Source: a virus
Taxonomy: Duplodnaviria > Caudoviricetes
Virus record (IMG/VR): IMGVR_UViG_3300029821_000007
Coordinates: 1 to 50,467 of that record
DNA: 50,467 nt
Strand: one strand, 5' to 3'
Part shown: positions 25,371 through 35,114 of the stretch, one piece after another
Numbering within the stretch: the stretch's first letter is position 1
Layout of the letters: each line of letters begins with the position of its first letter
Position numbers and translations under genes: made by a program
The notes under the pieces: generated by a model
Database searches by the model: none
What the model saw: the letters and a program-made list of their open reading frames with translations, nothing else
What the model was told of the DNA's origin: nothing

Positions 25371-26544
25371 AATACTTGCTGCTGCCCTATGCGATAGAAA
25401 GTCATTCTTTCAGCTGGTTGAGGCAGACGCCAAGGAAGACCTATCAGATAAAGGTAAGATAGTATACGAAGAAATAGAGACCTTTTATAACAACGACCTT
25501 AACGCAGAGACAGTAGACAAGGAGATTATACTTGCTCGGTTGTCAAGGCGATATCCTAAACACAGCGAGCAATTCAAGTTGCTGTTCGATAGTATGGTAG
25601 GTGTATCAGCACCTAATGTTATAGAAGACCTCATTGATTTAAAGCTTTACAATTTGAAATTGTCCCTAAGCGCAGCTTTTGCATCAGGCGCTGACGACAA
25701 GATAGCCAGCCTCCTAGAAAAATACAATAAATACAAAACAGGTGAGCTAGTAAATGTTACGCAAACTCTTGATGTTATCAAAGCTCCCGATATTGCTGAC
25801 ATCCTTAGCCGTACTTCCAGTAGTAATCGGATTAAGCTTTTACCTACAGTAGTCAATAACATGTTGGGTGGTGGTGCTCTTAGAGGTCATCACATAATTG
25901 TGTTTGGTAGGCCGGAAGTTGGTAAGTCTTTGTTTACCCTGAATATGGTGTATGGGTTTTTACAACAGAAACTGCGTGTGCTGTATGTAGGTAATGAAGA
26001 CCCTATGGCTGATCTTACACTACGCTTGTTGATTCGAGTAACTGGCATGCATAAGGAGGAAATACGTGCTAATCCAGACAAAGCAAAAGCACTTGCAAAA
26101 GAACGTGGGTATGATGAATTCATATTTGCTTCTCTAACTCCTGGAACTTTGGATGAGATACATGGTCTTATGGAGGACCATAAGCCAGATGTAATCGTCT
26201 TGGATCAGTTGCGTAACGTAAACATAAACGATAGCAACAAAGTTACACAGTTGGAAAAGGCTGCCCTTGGTGTACGAATGCATGGTAAGAAGTACAACTC
26301 CCTAGTGGTGTCTGTAGTTCAGGCAGGTGATAGTGCTCAAGGTAAGCTGTATCTAGATATGGGGGATGTTGATTTTAGTAACACAGGCATTCCTGCTCAA
26401 GCTGACCTAATGATTGGTATAGGTATGAATTCAGACTATGAGCGCAGCGGTATGCGGATGTTGTCATTCCCAAAGAATAAGATTAGCGGTATCAAAGAGA
26501 CAATTAGGGTTAAATTTGACCCAACTATGACGAGGGTAGAGTGA
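25360..26544 (+). CDS. Replicative helicase (DnaB/SF4-like)
   Basis: Walker A FGRPEVGKS, YVGNED, IVLDQ, VVQAGDSA, QADLMIGIG, PKNKISG. Confidence 0.92.
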   Translation: MEHKILAAALCDRKSFFQLVEADAKEDLSDKGKIVYEEIETFYNNDLNAETVDKEIILARLSRRYPKHSEQFKLLFDSMVGVSAPNVIEDLIDLKLYNLKLSLSAAFASGADDKIASLLEKYNKYKTGELVNVTQTLDVIKAPDIADILSRTSSSNRIKLLPTVVNNMLGGGALRGHHIIVFGRPEVGKSLFTLNMVYGFLQQKLRVLYVGNEDPMADLTLRLLIRVTGMHKEEIRANPDKAKALAKERGYDEFIFASLTPGTLDEIHGLMEDHKPDVIVLDQLRNVNINDSNKVTQLEKAALGVRMHGKKYNSLVVSVVQAGDSAQGKLYLDMGDVDFSNTGIPAQADLMIGIGMNSDYERSGMRMLSFPKNKISGIKETIRVKFDPTMTRVE

Positions 26545-26753
26545 TGCAAATAGATAGTTCTAAGATCGAACAATTAATAGTTGTCATGAAAGAACATATA
26601 GCAATCAGCGAGGAGGTTGCAAAAGAGGATACTAATGATGAATTTTTGCACGGATACGCAATTGGGCAAAAATCAGCCTACGAAGAATCTCTCTTCAACC
26701 TTGAACTCATTATTCGAGAGGCTACCAGAGTTCGTAAGGAAGCCCAATCCTGA
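26544..26753 (+). CDS. Hypothetical protein overlapping the 5' end of the polymerase ORF
   Basis: Start overlaps the helicase stop; FLHGYAIGQKSAYEE helix pattern. Confidence 0.5.
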   Translation: MQIDSSKIEQLIVVMKEHIAISEEVAKEDTNDEFLHGYAIGQKSAYEESLFNLELIIREATRVRKEAQS

Positions 26754-28061
26754 TATATACCTGTCCAATAACTACGTAGTCCTTGACTTTGAAACCACTG
26801 CGTTTGATAAAGGTGATCCAGCCAATCCAAACAACTCCATAATTCTTGGGGTGTGGAAGCTAGGTATTGGCCACCCTAATTACACTTGGTTTTGGGAGTC
26901 AGCTAAGTATTCGATAGGATCTGAATACAACTACAAAAGGCTTGTGGAGGATATCGAGGCCGCAGATTTTGTGATAGCTCATAACTCTAAGTTTGAGTTG
27001 GGCTGGTTGCATAGATGCGGGCTGGATCTACACAACAATCTCTCGTGGTGTACACAGGTTGGGGAGTATGTAATAGCTGGCAACAGATCATTGGAACTGT
27101 CTTTGGAATCCTCTCTACGTAGATATGGTTTGCCGGGCAAGGAAAGCCTTGTGAGTCGTATGATTAAGAAAGGAGTGGACCCCAGGGACATACCTATAGA
27201 TTGGCTTTTACGTTACTGTTCTATAGATGTTAGGCGCACAGAAGAGTTGTTCCTACTTCAAAGGGAGAGTATTATTAATTTGGGGCTCCTACCGACGCAG
27301 TTTACCAGATGCTTATTTACATCTGTGTTAGCTGATGTTGAGCGGTATGGCATGCACCTTGATGCAGAGCGCACTAAGATACTGTACGATAAGTATTCTA
27401 GCGAATTGCAGCAGGTGCAGGGGGATATGCATGCCCTGATGGGTAACATCAACATGAATTCCCCAAAACAGAAAGTTGAGGCTATATACACTGTCCTTGG
27501 GTTTGATATTCCAAAGGATTATAGGGGTAACCCGATAGTATCAGCTAAGACTGGACAGCCATCTACTGCACTAGATGTAATTCTAAAACTACGAGCTAAG
27601 ACAGCTAAACAAAAGAAGTTCGTTGAACTTGCAAAGAAGTCATCAAAGCTAGAAGCTCTTATGTCGAAAGCTCTTGATAAATTCTACGCTTGCACAACAG
27701 AAACAGAAGATCACATTCTTACAGCAGCACTTAACCAGACAAGAACTGGCACTCAGCGCCTATCCTCGACTGGTAAAAACTACAAAGCTCAGTTTCAGAA
27801 TTTCCCACGGGAACTGAAGCCCCTATTTAGTGCTCGTAATTCGGAATGGGATATAGGTGAAGCTGATGAGGCTCAGTTGGAGTATCGAGTAGCGGTATTC
27901 TTGGGGCAGGACGAGACTGGTCTGCAAGACATTCTCAACAAAGTAGATGCACATGGATTCACAGCATCTATCATCTTTAAGGAAATATGGGAAGCTTGTA
28001 ATGGGGATAAAAATACCCCGGAAGGCTCAGAGGCTAGGCAGGAGAGTAAGCCACATACTTT
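26617..28061 (+). CDS. polA: Family A DNA polymerase, exon 1 (3'-5' exonuclease + polymerase; true start uncertain)
   Basis: ExoI LDFETT, ExoII AHNSKFE, ExoIII YCSID, TQRLSS, QFQNFPR, motif A ADEAQLEYRV, motif B RQESKPHTF. Confidence 0.92.
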
Positions 28062-28718
28062 CGTTTGGAAGCTTCACTGAGTAATCAGTGTCGAATAACT
28101 AGGTGAATTGCTGGAACCCCTGGTAACAGGGCAATCAGCAGCTAAGCAAGAGGCATAAATGTATAACAAGGTTTGTGAGGTATGTTTACTAGGATACATA
28201 GCTACTGGTCCTGCTGGTAGATATTGCCCTACGTGTGCGAAAAAGATTAAGAAAGAGAGGCACATAATAAATTCATACAATCATAAACTTAAATACAACA
28301 AAATAAAAATGCCTGGGACAGGTAAAGGTGGAAATCCCTCACCACGTAGAGGCCCACTAGCTAATAATTCAGAATTGACAGCTAATGGGGTTAAGTGGAG
28401 ACAACTACAAGATACTATTCGTAATAATAGAATCTATTGTGAGCACTGTGGGATTGACACTAGGCTACTGTCCTCTCGTAAATGGAATATACACCATCGA
28501 GATAAAGACACATTTAACAACAATATTAATAACTTGTCTTTATTGTGCTGGTGGTGTCATAGGAAATTGCACAACGAGCTTGAAAGTTCAGAGACTATCT
28601 CGAAAGAGAGTAGGGCTGAAGAGGAATAAGCCCGAAGCGCCTAGCCCCTTTAAGAGGGTGATGATATAGTCCGATACCCGCAGTAATGCGGGAGAATATG
28701 GAAATTCGTAACTTAAAG
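28062..28718 (+). mobile_element. Group I intron in the DNA polymerase gene
   Basis: Exon ends in U, intron ends in G. Core GAAUUGCUGGAA, AAUCAGCAG, UUCAGAGACUA, GAUAUAGUCC; P3 CUAGG/CCUAG. Splicing restores KPHT-F-KPLYGG. Confidence 0.93.
28159..28629 (+). CDS. Intron-encoded HNH endonuclease
   Basis: CEVC..CPTC Zn finger; CEHCG..IHHRDKDTFNNNINNLSLLCWWCHRKLH. Confidence 0.88.
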   Translation: MYNKVCEVCLLGYIATGPAGRYCPTCAKKIKKERHIINSYNHKLKYNKIKMPGTGKGGNPSPRRGPLANNSELTANGVKWRQLQDTIRNNRIYCEHCGIDTRLLSSRKWNIHHRDKDTFNNNINNLSLLCWWCHRKLHNELESSETISKESRAEEE

Positions 28719-29256
28719 CAAGCCCTTGTATGGTGGTATGAGCGGTACGGATAGAGAGCGTGAGTATTACCAAGCGTTTAAGGATAAGCACAAAGGAATA
28801 ACAGCAGCGCAGGGACGCTGGATAGATGAGGTTTTAAAGACAAAGGAGTTGGTAACGGTAACAGGTTTGAGATTCTACTGGCCTGATACTAAAGTGACTA
28901 GAAGTGGGTATGTAGTTAATACCACAGCGATATGCAACTATCCTGTGCAGTCGTTTGCTACTGCTGATATAGTTCCAATAGGAATGGTATATCAGTGGCA
29001 TCTTATGAATGCAGCTGAGATGAGATCATTTCTAGTAAACACTATACATGACTCAACAATTGGAGAAGTAGCACCAGGGGAGCATGAACTTTATGAAGAA
29101 ATTGCGAACTTTTCGCTAACTGGTGCTGTCGTAGAGTATCTGAAAGTAGTATACAACATAGATTTTAATGTGCCACTGGAAGCAGAGATTAAGATCGGTA
29201 AACACTGGTCAGATAATAAGAACTGGAGGAATAAATACTTAAATGAATCAAGCTAG
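28719..29256 (+). CDS. polA: Family A DNA polymerase, exon 2
   Basis: KPLYGG, NYPVQSFATADIV, motif C NTIHDS. Confidence 0.92.
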
Positions 29257-29581
29257 TAGATTTAATGATGGGAAACCTCCACTGTCGTATCTGTTGGATT
29301 TTCCTAACGCAATTAAGGGTGTAGCAGTAGTATGTGATAGGGGTGCAAAGAAATACTCCAAGTATAACTGGAAGAAGGGTCTTCCTTATACTGGTGTTAT
29401 TGACAGCTTGCTTCGCCACACAACGGCATTTCAGAACGGCGAAGATTTGGACCCGGAGGATGGGATTCCTCATGTAGATCGTATAGTATGGAATGCTTTG
29501 GCATTAGCAGAGTATTGGCGCTCAAATCCTGAGCATGATGATAGATATAAACCTACCAAAGAGGTAAAAGAAAATGAGTAA
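29243..29581 (+). CDS. dATP/dGTP diphosphohydrolase-like protein (DUF5664)
   Basis: RFNDGKPPLS..V...GAKKYSKYNWKKG..SLLRH..GEDLDPEDGIPH..WNAL. Confidence 0.8.
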   Translation: MNQASRFNDGKPPLSYLLDFPNAIKGVAVVCDRGAKKYSKYNWKKGLPYTGVIDSLLRHTTAFQNGEDLDPEDGIPHVDRIVWNALALAEYWRSNPEHDDRYKPTKEVKENE

Positions 29582-29819
29582 GTTGGTATATAAGTTGATG
29601 GCCCTTTTCCCCGCGTCTGCACGTGTAGACGGGGCTATTAGTAGTTTGCGTAACGCCTACGACAATCTACTGATTGTAACTGATTCTTTGAGTACTCAGG
29701 CTCGCGCAGTTAACGAGGATATTGAATCTCTGAAACAGAAGCATGTAGATCTTGTAAAAGAGCTGGAACGAGCAGAAACTGTTGCTGAAAACATCAAAAA
29801 GATTATTGGGGTTAAGTAA
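29574..29819 (+). CDS. Hypothetical coiled-coil protein
   Basis: GAGG RBS; overlaps its neighbours. Confidence 0.6.
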   Translation: MSKLVYKLMALFPASARVDGAISSLRNAYDNLLIVTDSLSTQARAVNEDIESLKQKHVDLVKELERAETVAENIKKIIGVK

Positions 29820-30424
29820 TGGCTAAGATGGCAAGTGGTAAGGTTACATACGTAGGTAGTAAGGTATTTAAGGGGCGTACTTACTGGAGTTTTAAGATTG
29901 ACTCCATGCCTGACGACTTCTTTCGGACGGGTCTTGTTGAACCTAACTTCGCTAAAGGTAAGGTAATTTCCTTTAATTACGAAGTTACGCAATATGGAAA
30001 CGAAGTAGATGTTGCCAGTATTGTTCACGTTGATACTGATTCTCCTCCTACTGCGCATGTATCGCCGGTAGCCGGTAAACCCGACGCCCGTGCGGACAAG
30101 TCTAACCCAAAGGATAAGTACTGGGAAGACAAGGCTAAGGATGATCTGGATCGTCAGAAAATCATCTCTTATCAGGCCGCCACTAACACAGCTGTAGCTA
30201 TCATTCAGATTGCTATTAGTCAGGATGCACTTCCTGTAGCTGGTAAGACAAAGGCTGATAAGTGGGAATCTATTCGTAGTCTGGTAGCTGGTGTTGCAGA
30301 TGATTTGGTTGTTACTTACATGAACGCACCTGCACATGTGGATTCCTTGGTTCAGGAACATAAGGAGTTCATGACACTAGAGCCTTCGATTGTGATTGAT
30401 TCTGATGAGGTTTTCAGTGACTAA
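29819..30424 (+). CDS. Hypothetical protein, possibly ssDNA-binding
   Basis: Beta-rich OB-like N-terminus and acidic tail; located in the replication module. Confidence 0.45.
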   Translation: MAKMASGKVTYVGSKVFKGRTYWSFKIDSMPDDFFRTGLVEPNFAKGKVISFNYEVTQYGNEVDVASIVHVDTDSPPTAHVSPVAGKPDARADKSNPKDKYWEDKAKDDLDRQKIISYQAATNTAVAIIQIAISQDALPVAGKTKADKWESIRSLVAGVADDLVVTYMNAPAHVDSLVQEHKEFMTLEPSIVIDSDEVFSD

Positions 30425-30689
30425 CGTATTGTATAGTAACGCAATGTACGATGTTATAGTGGGTAAGAGCGACCATAACAACGACTTCTTGTATGATTTG
30501 TATAAGGTTGTTAATCGTTCTACTGGGGTAACTGAGGTTGAGGTTAGCATGCTATACCGTGCTATTGACTTCGCTAATGAACTGGTGAAGGCTTATAACG
30601 CGGTAATGTCTGATAACTTTACTGGGTTGGATATTGACATCAAAGACCTAGACGATTTCGACCCAGACGACGGCTCATTGCCTAACTAA
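30417..30689 (+). CDS. Hypothetical protein
   Basis: GTG start after GAGG; acidic C-terminus. Confidence 0.55.
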   Translation: MTNVLYSNAMYDVIVGKSDHNNDFLYDLYKVVNRSTGVTEVEVSMLYRAIDFANELVKAYNAVMSDNFTGLDIDIKDLDDFDPDDGSLPN

Positions 30690-30697
30690 TGGAATTA

Positions 30698-30773
30698 GCT
30701 GGTGTAGCTCAATTGGTAGAGCGGCTGCGTTGTAAGCAGATGGTTGTGGGTTCGAGTCCCTCCACCAGCTCCA
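30698..30773 (+). tRNA. tRNA-Thr(TGT)
   Basis: GCTGGTG..TAGCTCAATTGGTAGAGC..CTGC-GTTGTAA-GCAG..GGTTCGAGTCC..CACCAGC-TCCA. Confidence 0.9.
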
Positions 30774-30790
30774 TTTTATAGGATAGTGGT

Positions 30791-31054
30791 ATGAATCAAA
30801 CAAAGCTTGAGTCGTTTATAGAACAATGTTTAAACACAGCAAGTGGGTTTATAATTTCCCTTATTGTGTGGACTGCTATAATTGTACCTGTGTGGGATTT
30901 GCAGGTAAATATGATTCAAAATATAAATATCACCTTGATATTTACAATTTTATCAATTGTCCGTGGGTATGTTTGGCGGCGTTTCTTCAATGCTGGTGTA
31001 CATAACTTAGTTAAAAAGTGGGTGTCAACATATGCTATGTCTTATAGACGGTGA
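30791..31054 (+). CDS. Small membrane protein (conserved phage family)
   Basis: QTKLESFIE..NTASGF..FTILSIVRGYVWRRFFN. Confidence 0.75.
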   Translation: MNQTKLESFIEQCLNTASGFIISLIVWTAIIVPVWDLQVNMIQNINITLIFTILSIVRGYVWRRFFNAGVHNLVKKWVSTYAMSYRR

Positions 31055-31955
31055 CATTATTAGATACGCCGTTGGTTTTGCTGGGCAGAAAACTCACTAT
31101 CATGTAGGTAAAGCAACGTTTATTGGTAAGACAGACCTAAATAAATTTCTGTCGTACAACGATGTTGATGAAGCCTCTATAGTGGAAGAGTTGGTTGTTG
31201 ATCCAGTAGAAAATGTTCTTCATTCAGTGAAATTGATGATTGAAAGTATATTGGAAGTTACTGGTGGTGTGCCACGTATTTATCTGTCCGGGGATAGTAA
31301 CTTCAGGTACAATTTCTATTCTGCATATAAAGCTAATCGCAAGGATATGAAGAAGCCCTACCACTTTGATGCCATAACTAAGTATCTTGTGGATGTATGG
31401 GATGCCGAGATTGTAGAGGGAATTGAAGCTGATGATAAGTTAGGTATAGAGCAATACAAAAACTTTAGTTATGGTAAAGAGAATTTCATAGATAAGGAAG
31501 ATCTCGGCACCATTATATGCTCGATAGATAAAGACCTGAACATGATTCCTGGTTGGCACTACAACTTCAGGACAGGGGAGAAATATTGGATAAACGAACT
31601 ACAGGGCATGCGGAACTTTTATTCTCAGTTGTTGACCGGGGATTCCACAGATAATATTCCTGGTATTCCTGGGGTTGGACCTAAGACTGCTGAGAAGTTG
31701 TTGGCTAAATGTTCCACGGAACAAGAGTTTATGACCGTAGTGTTGGATAGTTACGCTGATTGGATTGCTGAACGTGAGTTTGGCTGCCCTGTAGCTGAAT
31801 CATGGGATAACATAGAGTGGATGGCTGCGGATGAAATTGAACGTAATGGTCATCTATTATGGATTCTACGAGAACCTGACGGTTGGTGGGAGATGAAGTA
31901 TGGCGAAGAAATTACTAAGGAGGTGTGCCATAGCCCGCAAAACGCCTCCGTTTGA
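31032..31955 (+). CDS. 5'-3' exonuclease / RNase H (T7 gp6/FEN-like)
   Basis: LIDGD, NFRY..YKANR, EADD, SIDKDL, GDSTDNIPGIPGVGPKTAEKLL. Confidence 0.92.
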   Translation: MLCLIDGDIIRYAVGFAGQKTHYHVGKATFIGKTDLNKFLSYNDVDEASIVEELVVDPVENVLHSVKLMIESILEVTGGVPRIYLSGDSNFRYNFYSAYKANRKDMKKPYHFDAITKYLVDVWDAEIVEGIEADDKLGIEQYKNFSYGKENFIDKEDLGTIICSIDKDLNMIPGWHYNFRTGEKYWINELQGMRNFYSQLLTGDSTDNIPGIPGVGPKTAEKLLAKCSTEQEFMTVVLDSYADWIAEREFGCPVAESWDNIEWMAADEIERNGHLLWILREPDGWWEMKYGEEITKEVCHSPQNASV

Positions 31956-32871
31956 GGAGTATCCTGAGTGGACTACTGCTAGATTCTTCAGTTTCCTTCG
32001 TTCAGCACTTAGATCGGCGTACAATCGTTACCCCCCTAAGTTTAAGGTTCTGGCTGATGCCAAACGGCCATCGCAAGTAAAGAGATTGAAGTGGGAATTT
32101 CAATGCGCGGAGTGTAAGAATTGGTTCCCACAGAAGGAAGTTCAAGTGGATCATAAGGAGCCCGCTGGTGAACTTAAAACTTACGCAGATTTACCGGAAT
32201 TTTGTAGAAAATTGTTTGTGGGTGTTGGTGGTCTTCGCGTATTATGCATAGATTGCCATAAAAAAATAACAGCCACGCAGCGTGACTCAGAGTCGAATAG
32301 AGTACTATTTCCGAGAGAGGAGTCTTCTTACAGAAATATGATGTCTAGGTGCTATAACCCAAATTCTACTGGGTATAAGTACTATGGAGGCAGGGGTATA
32401 GAAGTGTGTGATAAGTGGAAGGAGTCATTTATCAATTTTTATAGTGATATGGGGCCTAGACCAGAGGGGCATTCTTTAGATAGAATAGATGTTAATGGGG
32501 ATTACACACCAACTAATTGTAGATGGGCTACTTACGAGCAGCAAGCATCTAACAAATCTGATAATGTGCTACTGGAATGGGAGGATTCTAAAAAAACAGT
32601 ATCAGAATGGGCCAGAATATTAGGAATACTGCCAAATACTATCCAGTATAGATTATACCGTGGGTGGAGTGTCGCCGAGGCATTGGGGAAAGAGGCTAGA
32701 GTTATTCCTAAGAAATATACTACTATAAATACCAATTCTGAGTATATATTAGAACAACTTAATAATGGAAGAACCCAGAGTGATATAGCTAGAGAACTTG
32801 GTGTCGATTCTTCAAATATTAGTAGGTTTCTTAAAAAGACAAATGAAGAAAGGAATCAAAATGATTCGTAA
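31900..32871 (+). CDS. Fusion of a conserved phage HNH nuclease, a homing-type HNH domain and an HTH
   Basis: FLRSALR..CAEC..VQVDH..LCIDCH, then MMSRCYNPN..YGGRGI.VC..SLDRIDVNGDY..NCRWAT, then TQSDIARELGVDSSNISR. Confidence 0.8.
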   Translation: MAKKLLRRCAIARKTPPFEEYPEWTTARFFSFLRSALRSAYNRYPPKFKVLADAKRPSQVKRLKWEFQCAECKNWFPQKEVQVDHKEPAGELKTYADLPEFCRKLFVGVGGLRVLCIDCHKKITATQRDSESNRVLFPREESSYRNMMSRCYNPNSTGYKYYGGRGIEVCDKWKESFINFYSDMGPRPEGHSLDRIDVNGDYTPTNCRWATYEQQASNKSDNVLLEWEDSKKTVSEWARILGILPNTIQYRLYRGWSVAEALGKEARVIPKKYTTINTNSEYILEQLNNGRTQSDIARELGVDSSNISRFLKKTNEERNQNDS

Positions 32872-33037
32872 TATAACGCTTAAACGAGTACAAGCAGGTA
32901 AAGAAAAGGGTATTCTGGCTTCTGTTGACAACTTCCCTATCGAACATCTGTTCGTAGATGAAAAGGAAGCTTTGGAACATATATTGTACCACTTCTTCCA
33001 TGTTGACACCGAGGAAAAGGTCGATGAGCAAGGGTGA
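32861..33037 (+). CDS. Hypothetical protein
   Basis: MIRNITLKR start behind AAGGA. Confidence 0.5.
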   Translation: MIRNITLKRVQAGKEKGILASVDNFPIEHLFVDEKEALEHILYHFFHVDTEEKVDEQG

Positions 33038-33482
33038 TACTTGGGAAACACCAGACGATCTATTTGAAAGCATAGACCAGCATTTCTCCTTCGAGCTAGA
33101 TGCTTGTGCTAACTATGACAATGCCAAACTAGGCACCTACTTCACTGAGGAAGAGGACGCCCTAAAACAGGATTGGTGGCCGTACAAATCAGTATGGATG
33201 AACCCCCCGTATAGCCGTGGTAATATAGGACGGTTTATGGAGAAGGCCCTCTCAGAGTCCCGTAAAGGCTGCACAGTCGTTTGTCTAGTGAGGCTGGACC
33301 CTACGGCCGGGTGGTTTAAGAAATACGTCTGGGGGAAGGCTGAGGCTGTTTTAGCACTAGGAAAGAGGGTGAGGTTCAAGGGGGCTGACAGTGCCTATCC
33401 GTTTCCTAGCTGTTTGGTAGTGTACACACCCACTGAAGAAGAAAAAGTTAAGACATACTTCGATATATGGGAGAAATGGTAA
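33024..33482 (+). CDS. dam: Phage DNA N6-adenine methyltransferase (Dam-type)
   Basis: WETP..F...FELDACA...DALKQDW..WMNPPYSR..RVRF. Confidence 0.88.
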   Translation: MSKGDTWETPDDLFESIDQHFSFELDACANYDNAKLGTYFTEEEDALKQDWWPYKSVWMNPPYSRGNIGRFMEKALSESRKGCTVVCLVRLDPTAGWFKKYVWGKAEAVLALGKRVRFKGADSAYPFPSCLVVYTPTEEEKVKTYFDIWEKW

Positions 33483-33715
33483 TGGCGATTAGTGATATTC
33501 CTGTTAAGTGTAGGACATGTCGATTCTGCAAGAGGTTTGATGATGATGTTACTGGGCAGTGCCGAGCGTATCCGCCTGTGATATCTAAGGACAGTACTAA
33601 AGCAGAGTTTCCTGTAGTTATGCTTGACTCAGGTTGGTGTGGTATACACACTCCAGATACTGGCCTTCTAATGGGTCACATTGAATTTGATCATGAGGGG
33701 CATCTAAATGGCTGA
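33482..33715 (+). CDS. Small Cys-rich protein
   Basis: CRTCRF..GQCRAYPP..FPVV...WCG. Confidence 0.65.
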   Translation: MAISDIPVKCRTCRFCKRFDDDVTGQCRAYPPVISKDSTKAEFPVVMLDSGWCGIHTPDTGLLMGHIEFDHEGHLNG

Positions 33716-33959
33716 TAAAGAGATTAGTGAAGAACTTCTTGAGTATCATGGGCAGCACATTCGTACCTGTAAGGAGTTCCTGACATTTTGTTTCCAAAAA
33801 CAATACATGGGTATGGAACTATCTGATGATGAACTTGGTCTAAAGCAACTGGTACTTGCTTATTTGAACTTGGCGGAGATGTTCCTTCTGGAACCCGGCC
33901 AGAAACTGTATGGTAAGAATGAGGAAAAAGAAGATGATGGTGTCATTGACCTCTCTTGA
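33708..33959 (+). CDS. Hypothetical protein
   Basis: GAGGGG RBS; overlapping ORF. Confidence 0.55.
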   Translation: MADKEISEELLEYHGQHIRTCKEFLTFCFQKQYMGMELSDDELGLKQLVLAYLNLAEMFLLEPGQKLYGKNEEKEDDGVIDLS

Positions 33960-34125
33960 GGTAACAGCAGTTAAGGAGGCTATCGAAGCAGCTGTAAGCG
34001 AGCTTCGAGCCTGTGAGAGTGAGGAAGGGTGGGTAGTCACTACAGACTGCTTTGAATTGTGCAATCAAGCACTTCTTATTCTTAAAAGCGTTGAATTTGG
34101 GGAGGATAATTACGGTGATCGGTAA
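33934..34125 (+). CDS. Hypothetical protein
   Basis: Overlapping ORF within the operon. Confidence 0.45.
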   Translation: MMVSLTSLEVTAVKEAIEAAVSELRACESEEGWVVTTDCFELCNQALLILKSVEFGEDNYGDR

Positions 34126-34915
34126 TACTACTTTGGTTATTGGTGATAGTCATGCTGACCCAGATCATAGTAACGAGCGATACACGGCTCTTGGTAATAT
34201 GATCGTAGCCCTAAAACCTGATACTATAGTACAGATGGGGGATTTCCTAACCTTAGATAGTTTGTCAGATCACGACGCCAATAATATGATTGTTCGTGAG
34301 GGTCGTCGGCTTGCAGCTGATATAGCTGCTGGAGTTGATGCATACCAACGCATTATGACTCCTATGCGTGAGTATAACTCAAAGCAGGCAGCTAATAAAA
34401 AGGCGCAATATAACCCGCGTAAAATCTGGCTTCGAGGAAATCATGAGGAGCGCGCTGTACGATATATGCATGAGCATCCTGAACTTTTAGGTTTCATTGC
34501 TGACAACTCAATGGTTGGTGCTGAACTTGATGGTTGGGAACTTGTCCCATATAAGAGATATGCATACGTAGAGGGTGTTGCGTTTACCCACATACCTATG
34601 AACCCGTCTATCAACCAGCCTGTACGTGGTAAGTATCTAGCGGCCACTGTGGCGCAGGGGCAGCAACAGACATGTGTATATGGCCATGATCACAAACGTA
34701 GTTTGTATAGTATTCATCGTAATTCACATGACGGAGGCCAACGAGTAGAGGGTATAGGTGTTGGTTGCTTTATTGATTACGTGCCCGACTATATCAAAGG
34801 TAATGAGGAGCAGCTAAGCTGGTGGAGTGGTATTGTGGTGTTGACTCATGGGGACTCCTTGGATGTAGCCTATCATGGAATAGATAGTGTTAAGAGGAAC
34901 TTCCTTAATGGCTGA
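34115..34915 (+). CDS. Calcineurin-like metallophosphoesterase
   Basis: IGDSH, GDFL.D, GNHEER, FTH, GHDH motifs; GTG start after GGAGG. Confidence 0.88.
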   Translation: MIGNTTLVIGDSHADPDHSNERYTALGNMIVALKPDTIVQMGDFLTLDSLSDHDANNMIVREGRRLAADIAAGVDAYQRIMTPMREYNSKQAANKKAQYNPRKIWLRGNHEERAVRYMHEHPELLGFIADNSMVGAELDGWELVPYKRYAYVEGVAFTHIPMNPSINQPVRGKYLAATVAQGQQQTCVYGHDHKRSLYSIHRNSHDGGQRVEGIGVGCFIDYVPDYIKGNEEQLSWWSGIVVLTHGDSLDVAYHGIDSVKRNFLNG

Positions 34916-35114
34916 ATGCGCGGTATTGAAATTCAACTCTAAAGAACAGAGAATTGAGGCTTGGGCAGACCAATTCTATTACGTAATCAAACGTTATGGT
35001 TGGATATCTGCGTCTAGATGGTTGTTGGCTGATGTCCCATCACAACTAATACCTCAAGTACAACAACTTGTACAAAAAAGACTTAGCGAGGAAGATAATA
35101 AGAATGTCAAGTGA
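34908..35114 (+). CDS. Hypothetical protein
   Basis: GAGG RBS; overlaps the genes on both sides. Confidence 0.55.
   Translation: MAECAVLKFNSKEQRIEAWADQFYYVIKRYGWISASRWLLADVPSQLIPQVQQLVQKRLSEEDNKNVK

Noticed and set aside
29243-29581. Z-genome (2-aminoadenine) system
   Set aside because: No PurZ/adenylosuccinate synthetase-like gene or DatZ-like HD phosphohydrolase is recognisable.
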